A stretch of DNA of 57,238 nucleotides from a bacterium (GTDB lineage: Bacteria > Patescibacteriota > Minisyncoccia > Moranbacterales > UBA9337), in contig JAGGSH010000035.1 of assembly GCA_021159185.1 (NCBI GenBank), positions 1 through 57,238 of the forward strand. Direction: 5' to 3'. The notes below the pieces were generated by a model that had not been told where the DNA came from, ran no database searches, and saw only the letters and a program-made list of their open reading frames with translations. Position 1 is the stretch's first letter. Every line of letters begins with the position of its first letter. Position numbers and translations under genes: made by a program. Below are positions 16,388 to 25,884 of the stretch, piece after piece.

Positions 16388-17176
16388 CTATTTTTTCTGC
16401 GGAACTTTTCTTTCCGTGACAGCCCGGCAAATATAGCCCAATATCAGCTTAAGCGAAGAGACAGCGTCGTCATTGGCCGGAATAGGATAATCTATGGAGA
16501 CAGGATCAGTATCGGTATCCACTAAAGCCACTATCGGAATACCAGCCCTCTCTGCTTCTTTTACGGCTAAACTATCTTCCTTAGCGCTGGCAATAAAAAC
16601 CGCTCCGGGAAATTCAGCCATATTTTTAATTCCGCCCATTTTCCTTTCCAGCTTTTCCAGCTCTTCGGATTTTTTCATTTGCTCAAATTTGGTGTATTTC
16701 TTAAAACCTCCGGAAGTAAATTTTTCTTGAGAATCTTTTAGATACTTTGCTCGGTTCCTGATAAACTTAAAATTAGTAAAAGTTCCTCCAATCCATCTTT
16801 CCGTTACAAAAGGCATATCACAATGAATAGCTGCTGATTTAACCAGTTCCTTGGCTTGTTTCTTGGTTCCCACAAAAAGTATTTGCCGGCCTTCTCGTTT
16901 AATTTTTTCAATGAAAGCCAGAGCCTCTTCCAGTTTTTTTAGAGTTTGCTGGAGATTAATAATATTTATTCCGTTGCGGGCGCCAAAAATATACTCTTCC
17001 ATTTTAGGGTGCCGGCGGGATTTTTGATGCCCGAAATGAACACCTTCTTTAAGCATTTTCTTCAAGCTGATTTCAAGATCGGAAACATCGGAAAAATAAT
17101 CCTTACCAGCAATTTCGGATTTCTTTTGAGTCTTTATTTCTTCCTTTTTTTTAACAGCGATTTTTTTTGTTGTCAT
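16388..17176 (-). CDS. rpsB: 30S ribosomal protein S2
   Basis: GVHFGHQKSRRHPKM, ILFVGTKKQA, ALVDTDTDP motifs. Confidence 0.9.
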   Translation of the reverse strand: MTTKKIAVKKKEEIKTQKKSEIAGKDYFSDVSDLEISLKKMLKEGVHFGHQKSRRHPKMEEYIFGARNGINIINLQQTLKKLEEALAFIEKIKREGRQILFVGTKKQAKELVKSAAIHCDMPFVTERWIGGTFTNFKFIRNRAKYLKDSQEKFTSGGFKKYTKFEQMKKSEELEKLERKMGGIKNMAEFPGAVFIASAKEDSLAVKEAERAGIPIVALVDTDTDPVSIDYPIPANDDAVSSLKLILGYICRAVTERKVPQKK

Positions 17177-17328
17177 TTCTTTGTAGAATTTAAAAAGATT
17201 GTTTATAATTAGAATTTAGACTTCATCATACCCGCAAATCTGCAAATATTAGCTATCGCATTGATTTATGGAACTTGTAAATTTGTAAATGAATTTGTAA
17301 ATTCGCGAGATCTAAAGGCAATGGAGAT

Positions 17329-17356
17329 AGTATATCAGATACAAAGCTCTTGTCAA
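17329..17356 (-). promoter_or_regulatory. Candidate sigma70-type promoter for rpsB-tsf
   Basis: On the minus strand, TTGACA (17356-17351), 16-nt spacer, TATACT (17334-17329). Confidence 0.4.
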
Positions 17357-17430
17357 TTATTTAGTTGTATGATAGGCTAATTAAGGATTAGAAACAACTA
17401 TGCGATAAGTCTGCTAAATAATCAAATTTT

Positions 17431-17763
17431 ATGAAAAAAGACATTCACCCAAAATATTATAATGACGCGAAAATAACTTGTTCCTGCGGAGCGGTTTTTG
17501 AAGTCGGCTCTACTCAAAAAGAATTGGAAATTGAAATTTGCTCCCAGTGCCATCCCCTTTACACTGGAAAAAAGAAAGTATTGGACACTGCGGGAAGAGT
17601 GGATAGATTTAAAAAACTGACTGAAAAAGCGATGGAGAAAAAAGCGGAAATAAAAAAAGCTAAGGCTCAAAAAAAGAAAGTTAAGAAAACAATTAAAACT
17701 AAGGCGGTTAACAAGAAAAATAAAACTGCCACTAAACCAACCAAGGAAAAGAGTAAGAAATAA
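17431..17763 (+). CDS. rpmE: 50S ribosomal protein L31 with Lys-rich C-terminal extension
   Basis: [10 protein letters not shown]...CSCG...[12 protein letters not shown]31 signature, followed by a basic tail of about 45 aa. Confidence 0.9.
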   Translation: MKKDIHPKYYNDAKITCSCGAVFEVGSTQKELEIEICSQCHPLYTGKKKVLDTAGRVDRFKKLTEKAMEKKAEIKKAKAQKKKVKKTIKTKAVNKKNKTATKPTKEKSKK

Positions 17764-17870
17764 TAGAAAATTTACTATAAAAGAATCCCTGAATTTATTT
17801 AGGGATTTTAAATTTTAAAAGCACCCTAAGAAATTTATTCTTAGGGTGCTGTGTTTCATTTAATAAAGAA

Positions 17871-18203
17871 CTACTGGCAAGGCGCGTTTCGCGGTCTGGC
17901 GACATACCAGATGGCGAAAGTGTCCGGGTCGTAGCCGATGACAACCTGAAGTCCAAGCTCTTGGGCTTTCAGAAGCGTCTGATACCAAGCAGCAATAGAA
18001 ATCTCCGAGTGCCAAGATTCTTTGGCATCCGCCCAAAGCTCAACGTCATTTATCTCTGGAACACTCCAAAGGCTCAATCGGCTGACTCCATTCATATTGT
18101 AGAAATAAACACTAGGGTCATAGCAGACTTCTGCGGATTGGGCAGGCACAACAGGCACCAACAAAAATAACGAAACCAAAACAGCAAAAATACATTTCTT
18201 CAT
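17871..18203 (-). CDS. Small secreted protein, hypothetical
   Basis: Signal peptide MKKCIFAVLVSLFLLVPVVPAQSA; Cys near both ends of the mature protein; AAGGAG SD 9 nt upstream; 22 nt downstream of the CARDB gene. Confidence 0.55.
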   Translation of the reverse strand: MKKCIFAVLVSLFLLVPVVPAQSAEVCYDPSVYFYNMNGVSRLSLWSVPEINDVELWADAKESWHSEISIAAWYQTLLKAQELGLQVVIGYDPDTFAIWYVARPRNAPCQ

Positions 18204-18225
18204 GACTCTTTTCTCCTTTTTTTGG

Positions 18226-20100
18226 TTAGTCGCTGAAAAGCAACATTAACGCGGCGGGGCTGAGATGTTTCTCAACCTTAATGGTTATTGATTGGCAATT
18301 ATCAGATTCGTCGGTTTCTTGAATCTGGTTATTGCAGTCAACGCAAACTCTGGCAGTATGGTCTCCCGGTTCGCTGGGAGCAATGGCGTTTTCCAAAGCT
18401 TCCGACCTGTATGAACCATGGGAAAAGTCGCTGGCAGAAATCGTGTCTGTTCCGATGAGAACATCATCCAAGTAATATCCAACATGGACATTGCTAGGCG
18501 GATTATCTCCGGAATTGTAAGCGGTAGTGCTTACACTGAAAGCTTCTCCCGGCCATAGCTTAACTCTGTCTTTTACGGAAAAAGTTAAGTTGGTTATGGA
18601 AAAGTTATACTCTGCCGGCGGCGGTGGTGGTGGAACATTTATCGTATAGCACAGATAATTATCGTCCCAAGTGTCCGGGTCGGCTGGTTCAATCCATTGA
18701 ACGCAATTTAATCCGGCAATCGGACCGGCGGATGACCATGAAAAATTAATAAGGCTGTCATTGGGAACAGCTAAATAGTTATCATCCCAAGTGTCAGGAT
18801 CAGCGGATTCGTGAATCTGCGTGTTTTTCATATTGCTAATCGGTCCGCAACATGACCATTGGATGCCATAATTCTCGTTCCCGCAAAAATAGTTGTCATT
18901 CCAAGTGTCTGAATCGGCTGGTTCTGCTATTTGCGCGCAAACCATTCCGCTAATCGGTCCGGAGTACGACCAAGCAAACTTTCCGTCAGGAGATGTGGTT
19001 TGAGGCGGTGGGGGTGGTGCTGGCGGCGGGGGCGGATTGGTTACCGTAAATACCGCTTCAGTGGAACAGTTATTGGATTTGTGTTCCTCCTCATAATCTC
19101 CGTCTTCGTTGTTTTGGTCTTTGGTTCTGTCCACGCAGGCGACAATATTGTAAACTTGTCCCGGCTGGATCTGATTGTATTCCCATAATCTTAATGATTC
19201 TTCTTCCCAATGGGTTTCTCCGGGGTCAAGATTGGAGCCTTTAGTGTATTCTCTTCCAATCCTTATCCATTCGCTATGGAGGTCTTCCTTGTATCCCATG
19301 GAAAGATAAAATCTGGTTTCAATCTTATCATCGGAACTTATATCATTTTCTCCGATATTCTTCAGTTTAGCTCTCACTTTAATCTCATCGTTTTTGGATG
19401 GATTGTAATTTGAAAGCTCAACCCTTTTGACGATGAAATCGGGTTTGCCGGGGTCTTCCTCGTCGGTCGCTAATGTTTCAGCTCCCGGACCAGATACGGC
19501 CGCGATTATTTGTCCTGTATCACATACCTCTAGTGAACCCGGAATCGTGCTTGTATCCGCAGTTCCTCCACTGGGAGTAGAATGGTAGGTAGTATTTACC
19601 GAACCGTCATACCAGAGAACGATGTTACTTGTTCCGCAGCCATAAGCTGTTGTGTACATGGGATCTTTCCCGAAACATGCTTTGAGTTTTCCGCCATATT
19701 TATAATATGACAAATCTCCACCAGAAATTCCGTTGTACAGAGGGACAACAGCGTAAATCCCTTCATTATCGTAGAACGACTCAAGCCATCTTCCTAAAGC
19801 TAATTCTCCTGTTGCAATCCCATCTACATAAATCTTATTGACATCAAATGAACTGCCAGCAAGGTGAGAAAAAATAGAAATGTCAAACTCCATCGTTCTG
19901 TTGGGTTCAGATTGATTACAGCCACATTCATTTGGAGCATCTACCAGCTTGCCAAAGACAATTGGCTTGCTGCCATTCTCATTATACTCCTTTGTTATAA
20001 TAAAAGATGGGTCATTCGTATTAAGCACCCAATTTTGCGCGCAGGCGCCATTAGCAAAAAGCAAACCAAAAAACAATAAACTGACTACTTTCCATACCAT
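18226..20100 (-). CDS. Secreted multidomain protein: N-terminal domain, CARDB-like domain, Pro linker, 3 x ~40-aa WxxxGPI...ADPDTWDDNY repeats, Pro linker, CARDB-like domain
   Basis: Signal peptide; PPPPPAPPPPP and PPPPPP linkers; CARDB-like segments DFIVKRVELS...KLKNIGENDIS and NFSITNLTFS...ETDESDNC; AAGGAGG SD 7 nt upstream. Confidence 0.65.
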   Translation of the reverse strand: MVWKVVSLLFFGLLFANGACAQNWVLNTNDPSFIITKEYNENGSKPIVFGKLVDAPNECGCNQSEPNRTMEFDISIFSHLAGSSFDVNKIYVDGIATGELALGRWLESFYDNEGIYAVVPLYNGISGGDLSYYKYGGKLKACFGKDPMYTTAYGCGTSNIVLWYDGSVNTTYHSTPSGGTADTSTIPGSLEVCDTGQIIAAVSGPGAETLATDEEDPGKPDFIVKRVELSNYNPSKNDEIKVRAKLKNIGENDISSDDKIETRFYLSMGYKEDLHSEWIRIGREYTKGSNLDPGETHWEEESLRLWEYNQIQPGQVYNIVACVDRTKDQNNEDGDYEEEHKSNNCSTEAVFTVTNPPPPPAPPPPPQTTSPDGKFAWSYSGPISGMVCAQIAEPADSDTWNDNYFCGNENYGIQWSCCGPISNMKNTQIHESADPDTWDDNYLAVPNDSLINFSWSSAGPIAGLNCVQWIEPADPDTWDDNYLCYTINVPPPPPPAEYNFSITNLTFSVKDRVKLWPGEAFSVSTTAYNSGDNPPSNVHVGYYLDDVLIGTDTISASDFSHGSYRSEALENAIAPSEPGDHTARVCVDCNNQIQETDESDNCQSITIKVEKHLSPAALMLLFSD

Positions 20101-20203
20101 ACTAAATCCTCCTTTTGTTTTTTTGTCAAAGAACTAAGTAGATTGTAATCATAACCACTAACCAGCACGATTGCCAATTAGTAAAATAATTACAATTATA
20201 ATT

Positions 20204-20845
20204 TTAAAACTTTACAGTTGACAATACTCCTTTGAACATATTAATGCTACAATTTCCTTCAAAAGTAACAAAATTGTGTTCTTCACCTTTAAAAAACAAC
20301 AGCTCTATACTTTGATCAAATTTTTCAGATTTGATTTTTTCTTCTATATCTTCATTACGCGGATTTAGTATCGGATATGCTATATTATTATGGAAAACAT
20401 ACCATAAAGGCTTCCCTTCCGATATCCAATTTCTTGTTCGTGGCATGCTTATTGCCCATCCACCACCATAGCTAATCACAACTTGGCATCCATTACTAAT
20501 ATCTATTATGTCTCTATTAATAAAAAAAGTATAGTTTAAATCATCATCAGGATTCTCAATTTCATAATCATCTGGATATTTAAATGAAAAACCATTCTTT
20601 TTACTTTCATAAGTTCTCCATTCCGATGTATCCACATCATCAATTTTAAATTCTTGCCCGTTTTCTATAAGAAAGTCGCTAATATTTTTTTGGTAATATT
20701 TATCAGGATTGGAAAGACCAATTAGATAATGTGGTGGAAAGAAAGTATCATAATGCGTAAGTGTGTACATGAACCACGCCACTGCTATAAAAACTATAAC
20801 TCCTGTCGTTATCGCTATTCTTTTCAGGATTTTCTTATTCATCAT
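20204..20845 (-). CDS. Membrane-anchored extracytoplasmic protein, hypothetical (W-x-TY...GF-x-F-x-YP motif family)
   Basis: N-terminal TM; EWRTYESKKNGFSFKYPDDYEIE motif shared with the interrupted gene at 30733-31296. Confidence 0.55.
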   Translation of the reverse strand: MMNKKILKRIAITTGVIVFIAVAWFMYTLTHYDTFFPPHYLIGLSNPDKYYQKNISDFLIENGQEFKIDDVDTSEWRTYESKKNGFSFKYPDDYEIENPDDDLNYTFFINRDIIDISNGCQVVISYGGGWAISMPRTRNWISEGKPLWYVFHNNIAYPILNPRNEDIEEKIKSEKFDQSIELLFFKGEEHNFVTFEGNCSINMFKGVLSTVKF

Positions 20846-20910
20846 TATTTTAATACCTATTTCTATTTGCTAATGTTCAAATTAGCATTCAGAAATAGTG
20901 CTGTCAAACT

Positions 20911-21300
20911 TTACACAATATTTTTACACAGTCTGCTGAAAAACTTAACAATAAATGCAATGGCATACCCAATAATAAATGCGCCAAACATAAATAAAAA
21001 AACAGGTACGGCAGAATATGCGATGTAATACATCAGTCCCTTAAAATAGCCGGAGCGTTCAATAGGATCAATAACGGAAAACCAAATGGATGCTATCAGC
21101 ATAACAAATGTCATTGCTAATAGTAGAATCAAAAAAGCCTTTTTGATAACGCAGTATTGAAAGTTCTCCTTATATGATAGACCTGCGATAGTTCCCCAGA
21201 ATAAAAGCAGTATTATCTGTATATAAAATGTTATAGTGTCATTGAAATTGTTAAAATAAAATTCTGCGATACTGCAGACAATCATTAAAAAAGCTATCAC
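20911..21300 (-). CDS. Integral membrane protein, hypothetical (GTG start)
   Basis: 129 aa, 4 hydrophobic segments; no recognisable family. Confidence 0.4.
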   Translation of the reverse strand: MIAFLMIVCSIAEFYFNNFNDTITFYIQIILLLFWGTIAGLSYKENFQYCVIKKAFLILLLAMTFVMLIASIWFSVIDPIERSGYFKGLMYYIAYSAVPVFLFMFGAFIIGYAIAFIVKFFSRLCKNIV

Positions 21301-21603
21301 TAGACTCCATAGAAAAACTGAAGCCTAATTACATTTTTTAAAAAACATTGTTTTCATTATGGTGCATGATAAACGATAATATTTTTACTTGTTTAATCTT
21401 AATCGTTTATTTTACAAGCTTACCCCCAAAACTTAAACCTCTGAAATATATTTTTAAAGCTGTTAATTATTTTGCTAAATGTGTTTGACTCCTCAATTTT
21501 ATTATCCTTGCATAAGTCCAAGTGGGAATCTAACACCTTATTCATTATTTAAATACCTATTTAAATAAGTATTTCTTTTAAATTCGTATCCTCTGAATTC
21601 AGC

Positions 21604-21636
21604 TAAAAATAAACGCTCCATAGAGATGGAATGTTT
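21604..21636 (-). terminator. Probable terminator of the DsbA-like gene
   Basis: Minus-strand hairpin AAACATTCCAT-CTCT-ATGGAGCGTTT followed by ATTTTTA. Confidence 0.45.
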
Positions 21637-21673
21637 ATTTATTTCACTTTGTGAGCTATCAAGAACCGATAAA

Positions 21674-22777
21674 TCATTCGCTTAATTCTCCGTCAATAAT
21701 TTCTTTTATCGCGTCGTAACCGGCCGCGCCGCTTTTGAACTGGTCGTTGATGAATATCGCCGGCGTGCCGGAAATTCCAAATTCCTCCGCCGTTTGCGAA
21801 TCTTCATCAATTTTCTCTTGATATTTTTTGTCGTCTAAGCACTTGTTAAACTGAACGGCATTTAATCCTATCTGCCTGGCGTAAGTTTTTAATTCTTGTG
21901 TTCCCTCTGATTTACCCCAATCTTTCTGGCCTTCAAATAATTTATCAGCGTAGTTTAAGAATTCACCTTGTTCATTGGCACATTCTGAAGCTAAAGCTGC
22001 GTCAATAGCTTTCGGATGAAGCGAGATTAACGGAAGCTGTTTAAAAACATACAGAACTTTATCTTTATATTCCTCCAATATTTTTTGGGCGGTATCGTTG
22101 AAAGCTTTGCTATAAGGACATTGGAAATCACTGAAAACAACTAATTTGACTTTAGAATTTTCATCTCCAATTTTAATATCATCTTCGCCAATTTTAGGAA
22201 GTTCCGTGTATTTCCCCGCGGGAGCTCCCAATTGCGCGGTGTTTAAAATATAATAATCGCCTTTTTTGTCAAAAAGCATTTGCGCTTGTTCATAGAAATC
22301 AGTATTTTCTATTTCCGAAGAAAAAGCAAAAACGGGAATTGACTTAGCGCTGGCATCCTCCAGTATTTTCTCGCCTTCAATAGAATCATAATCAATTTTT
22401 GAAGACAATAAAGTTGGAAGCATTCTTCTTAACCAGGTTAACACTTCGTCCGGCTGGCACTCTTCGCAATTATCGTCATTGATAACACTGACATTTACAA
22501 TCGGCTCGGGATAAGCTACCCATGTTTTATCATTCAGTTCAAAAACATCGGTTTCGTTAAGCGCTTTCTGCGAAACACCCGAACCTTTAACCAGCTGTGC
22601 CACATCAACAAACACACTTCCTATTAGCAATCCCGCCAATAGAATAATTAAGGAAATTAAATTCTTTATTTTCTTTTTTTCATGACCAGCTTCCTGTTCA
22701 GCGCTTTGGTTATCATTTAATTCATTTTTATTCTGCTCTATATGAGCGTCTTTTACTTCTTCTTTGTACTCGTCCAT
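21674..22777 (-). CDS. Membrane-anchored DsbA/thioredoxin-fold protein with CPYS (monothiol) active-site motif
   Basis: TM anchor; VVFSDFQCPYSKAF where DsbA-family proteins normally have CPYC; C-terminal GISGTPAIFIN cis-Pro loop. Confidence 0.7.
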   Translation of the reverse strand: MDEYKEEVKDAHIEQNKNELNDNQSAEQEAGHEKKKIKNLISLIILLAGLLIGSVFVDVAQLVKGSGVSQKALNETDVFELNDKTWVAYPEPIVNVSVINDDNCEECQPDEVLTWLRRMLPTLLSSKIDYDSIEGEKILEDASAKSIPVFAFSSEIENTDFYEQAQMLFDKKGDYYILNTAQLGAPAGKYTELPKIGEDDIKIGDENSKVKLVVFSDFQCPYSKAFNDTAQKILEEYKDKVLYVFKQLPLISLHPKAIDAALASECANEQGEFLNYADKLFEGQKDWGKSEGTQELKTYARQIGLNAVQFNKCLDDKKYQEKIDEDSQTAEEFGISGTPAIFINDQFKSGAAGYDAIKEIIDGELSE

Positions 22778-22838
22778 AGTTTTTTTACTTAATGCTTAAT
22801 TATTATTTATTGTAATTCTTGCCACTTGTTTTCCATTT

Positions 22839-22890
22839 GTCATTCCGGAATTTTTTCTGAAGCATAGCGGAAGAAAAAATATCCGGAATC
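22839..22890. repeat. Family-A element, solo arm (copy A3)
   Basis: GTCATTCCGGAATTTTTTCTGAAGCATAGCGGAAGAAAAAATATCCGGAATC with no mirror arm. Confidence 0.85.
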
Positions 22891-22910
22891 TTACTTTTAT
22901 AAAATACTTT

Positions 22911-23201
22911 TTAATTACCGCACGAACTATCCTCTGGAACCGGCTCCCCTGCTTCCTTATTCTCTTGCGCCGCTTCTTGCTTCTCCGCTAAATTTTTCCG
23001 CATTTCGCTAAAATTATAACCTTGTTTTAACGAAACAATTTTATAATCATTGAATCCGATAGTCACTCTTTTAGCTGCTTCTGTCTTAACGGCCACGCCT
23101 ACTAAAAATCCCAGAATAAGAAAAAGCGCCATTTCAAAATAAAATCCTTGCCTGTCTTTTGGGCAAGCTGATTTTATTGAATCTAAAATTTTATTTTTCA
23201 T
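22911..23201 (-). CDS. Small membrane protein, hypothetical
   Basis: 96 aa, one TM segment (FEMALFLILGFLVGVAV), acidic tail. Confidence 0.4.
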   Translation of the reverse strand: MKNKILDSIKSACPKDRQGFYFEMALFLILGFLVGVAVKTEAAKRVTIGFNDYKIVSLKQGYNFSEMRKNLAEKQEAAQENKEAGEPVPEDSSCGN

Positions 23202-23307
23202 AATATTTTTTTGTTAATAATGATTTTTACCTTTATGGTTTTTAACACTATCATCATTCAAAAAATTAAGCAATATTGACAAGGGTTTAATTATGTGAAA
23301 ATCTTTT

Positions 23308-24561
23308 TTATTCTTTTCTCAAAGCGTCCATGGGACTCAAGCGCGCCGCTTTAAGAGCCGGGTATATCCCAAAAATTACTCCCGTTAGGCTGGAGAAAGA
23401 AAGCGCGATCATAACAGACCAAAGCGTAACTTTAAATTCCAAAAAGTATCCCATTTTAAAGACCATGTATTCAGCGCCCAGCGAAACTAAATATCCAATG
23501 ATCACTCCCGCGATCCCTCCCAACAGCGTTAAGAAAATAGCTTCAAATAAAAACTGCGCCAAGATGCCCGACTTTCTGGCGCCCACCGATTTCCTAAGCC
23601 CGATTTCAAAATATCTTTCTATAACCGTCACATACATCACATTCATAATTCCCACTCCTCCGACAACAAGGGAAATAGAAGTGAGCGCTAAAAGCAAAAT
23701 ATTAAGAATGGTAAAAACCTGCTCCAGCATATCCTTGGCTTCTGACATAGACATAGCCGTGAAATCGTCATCGTCCGGATCGTCAATGTCGTGCCGTTCT
23801 CTCATAATCTCATTTATTTCAACCGTGGTCAGATCCGCTTTTTTTTCATCTTTCATTTTGAACATAGCAAATGTTATATAATCAACTCCCATAACTTTTT
23901 TCTGCAGAGTTTTTAATGGCACATAAATAAGCTTGTCAAAATCAAAGAAGCTGACAGCGCCTCTCTTTTTTAACGCGCCGATTACTTTAAATGATTTTCC
24001 CTTGATTTTTATATTTTTTCCTACCGCGTCTTCCTTTCCAAAAAAAGATTCTTTTATCCCGTTTCCCAAAACCGCTACCTGCTTCAAGCCGTCATCATCT
24101 TCCTCGCTAAACATTCTTCCAAATTCAATCTCCATTTTTTTATCCACCCGAATAACATCCGCCGTTGTCCCCATAATAAGCGCCTGTTTATTTTTATTTT
24201 TATAACTGGTTATATTCTGACTCATAATTCCCCCATACCAAACACTGATATTAGACAGCTTCGCGACTTCTTCTATATCTTCAATTTTTAAAGTCGTAAC
24301 CTGCGCTCCTCCCACCATACCCCCTATGTTTTGAGCGGATGTCGAGGCGGTTTTAGGGGTTTTAATTTCAATTTCAATAATATCCGACCCGAAAGCTTCA
24401 ATTTGTGAAATTACAAATCCTTTCACTCCCGCTCCCAGCGACAAAACAATTATTACCGCCGCCACTCCGATTACGATTCCCGTCAGCGAAAAAACCGTCC
24501 GTCCGACATTGGAGCGGAGGCTTCTTAAAGCTAATTTAATTGAGGTGATTATCTCATGCAT
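23308..24561 (-). CDS. MacB/FtsX-family ABC transporter permease (second paralog)
   Basis: N-terminal TM + large periplasmic MacB_PCD-like domain + C-terminal FtsX 3-TM bundle (GIMNVMYVTVIERYFEIGLRKSVGA). Confidence 0.85.
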   Translation of the reverse strand: MHEIITSIKLALRSLRSNVGRTVFSLTGIVIGVAAVIIVLSLGAGVKGFVISQIEAFGSDIIEIEIKTPKTASTSAQNIGGMVGGAQVTTLKIEDIEEVAKLSNISVWYGGIMSQNITSYKNKNKQALIMGTTADVIRVDKKMEIEFGRMFSEEDDDGLKQVAVLGNGIKESFFGKEDAVGKNIKIKGKSFKVIGALKKRGAVSFFDFDKLIYVPLKTLQKKVMGVDYITFAMFKMKDEKKADLTTVEINEIMRERHDIDDPDDDDFTAMSMSEAKDMLEQVFTILNILLLALTSISLVVGGVGIMNVMYVTVIERYFEIGLRKSVGARKSGILAQFLFEAIFLTLLGGIAGVIIGYLVSLGAEYMVFKMGYFLEFKVTLWSVMIALSFSSLTGVIFGIYPALKAARLSPMDALRKE

Positions 24562-24572
24562 AAATCGCGAAG

Positions 24573-25820
24573 CTATTCGTATCTCAACGACTCCATCGGA
24601 CTAACGCGTGAGGCTTTGTAAGCCGGATACAATCCAAAAATTATTCCGATTAAAATAGAAATGGTAACGGCGATGGCAATAGACCAAATTGAAATTAAAA
24701 ACGGCCAATTATATCCCAGTGACTGAATAATTACAGAGGCCAGAAATGACACTACTACCCCTAAAATTATTCCTATTGCTCCTCCCAAAAAAGAAATGGT
24801 GGACGATTCAACCAAAAACTGCGCCATAACATCAGCATTTTTCGCGCCCAGCGCTTTTCTCAATCCCACTTCTCTTATCCTTTGACTTACCGTAATAAGC
24901 ATAATATTCATAATCCCCACTCCTCCGACAACCAACGCCACAGAACCTATGGCCAACAAAAAATATCTCAAAACATTGGTGATATCACCAACCGCTTCAA
25001 CCGCAGACGCTTGATCGCGGATTGTAAAATCGTCATTGACCGAATCGTCAATGTCGTGTTGGTTTCTTAAAGTTATTCTCGCGTTGGCAATAGCGGAATC
25101 AATTAAATCAGCCGATTTTACTTTCAGGCGAATAAATCCAAGATGGTCTATTCCCAGAATTAATTTTTGGGCGGTGCGCAACGGAATGAAAACGCCATCA
25201 TCCTGGCTGGATATTCCAAAAGCCGTTGACCCCCTATCTTTAAAAATGCCAATGACGGTAAAATTATGCTTATTGATTTTTATTTTTTTATTTAACGGAT
25301 CCGAGGAACCGAACAAATCTTCAGCGATATTGTTTCCCAATACCGCCACGCGGGCCAAATTCATCTCCTCTCCTTCGGTGAAAAATCTTCCGCTGGTAAT
25401 TTCCGCGCTTTCCACATCAATATAACTGGCGGTTGTTCCCGTAAGCGACGCGTTCAAATCGGTTTCCTCTTGGGAAACTGAAACTGTGCTCATTACATAT
25501 CCGACCGCGTCCTCAATTTCCGGAACATTTCTTTTTTTATTCAGAGCCAGCAAATCTTCGTATTTAAGAGTGGTAGACGAAATTCCCATCAGAACCGCCG
25601 GCGGGCCTTCTTCATCCGAAGCGCCAGGCAAGATTCCGATTAAATTTGACCCCACGCCTTTTACTTGATCCAGAATTAATTCTTGGGCAGACTGCCCGAT
25701 CGCCATAATAATTATAACCGAAGCCACTCCAATAATGGTTCCCAGAATAGTTAAAAAAGAACGGAACTTCGCCGCCATCAGATTTTTATAAGAAATTTTT
25801 ATCGGATTTATAATTTGCAT
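24573..25820 (-). CDS. MacB/FtsX-family ABC transporter permease (first paralog)
   Basis: Same architecture; GIMNIMLITVSQRIREVGLRKALGA motif. Confidence 0.85.
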   Translation of the reverse strand: MQIINPIKISYKNLMAAKFRSFLTILGTIIGVASVIIIMAIGQSAQELILDQVKGVGSNLIGILPGASDEEGPPAVLMGISSTTLKYEDLLALNKKRNVPEIEDAVGYVMSTVSVSQEETDLNASLTGTTASYIDVESAEITSGRFFTEGEEMNLARVAVLGNNIAEDLFGSSDPLNKKIKINKHNFTVIGIFKDRGSTAFGISSQDDGVFIPLRTAQKLILGIDHLGFIRLKVKSADLIDSAIANARITLRNQHDIDDSVNDDFTIRDQASAVEAVGDITNVLRYFLLAIGSVALVVGGVGIMNIMLITVSQRIREVGLRKALGAKNADVMAQFLVESSTISFLGGAIGIILGVVVSFLASVIIQSLGYNWPFLISIWSIAIAVTISILIGIIFGLYPAYKASRVSPMESLRYE

Positions 25821-25884
25821 ATTGCCGAGATTATATGCGGGTCTAAATATAAAATATCGCCATTAACTTTTTCAACAACTTCGT

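Noticed and set aside
17351-17380. Plus-strand TTGTCA-N17-TAGGCT as the rpmE promoter
   Set aside because: The -10 match is only 3/6. The same TTGTCAA is the reverse complement of a much better minus-strand TTGACA-16-TATACT promoter for rpsB, so the rpmE promoter is left uncalled.
18226-20100. Diversity-generating retroelement target, considered because this is a CPR-like genome and the gene is a surface protein with internal repeats
   Set aside because: There is no reverse transcriptase, no template/variable repeat pair with A-specific mismatches, and the three internal repeats are ordinary diverged protein repeats.
21400-21550. Possible 41-aa minus-strand micro-ORF (MNKVLDSHLDLCKDNKIEESNTFSKIINSFKNIFQRFKFWG) in the 370-nt spacer
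   Set aside because: No ribosome-binding site and no recognisable features; it cannot be distinguished from chance in AT-rich DNA.
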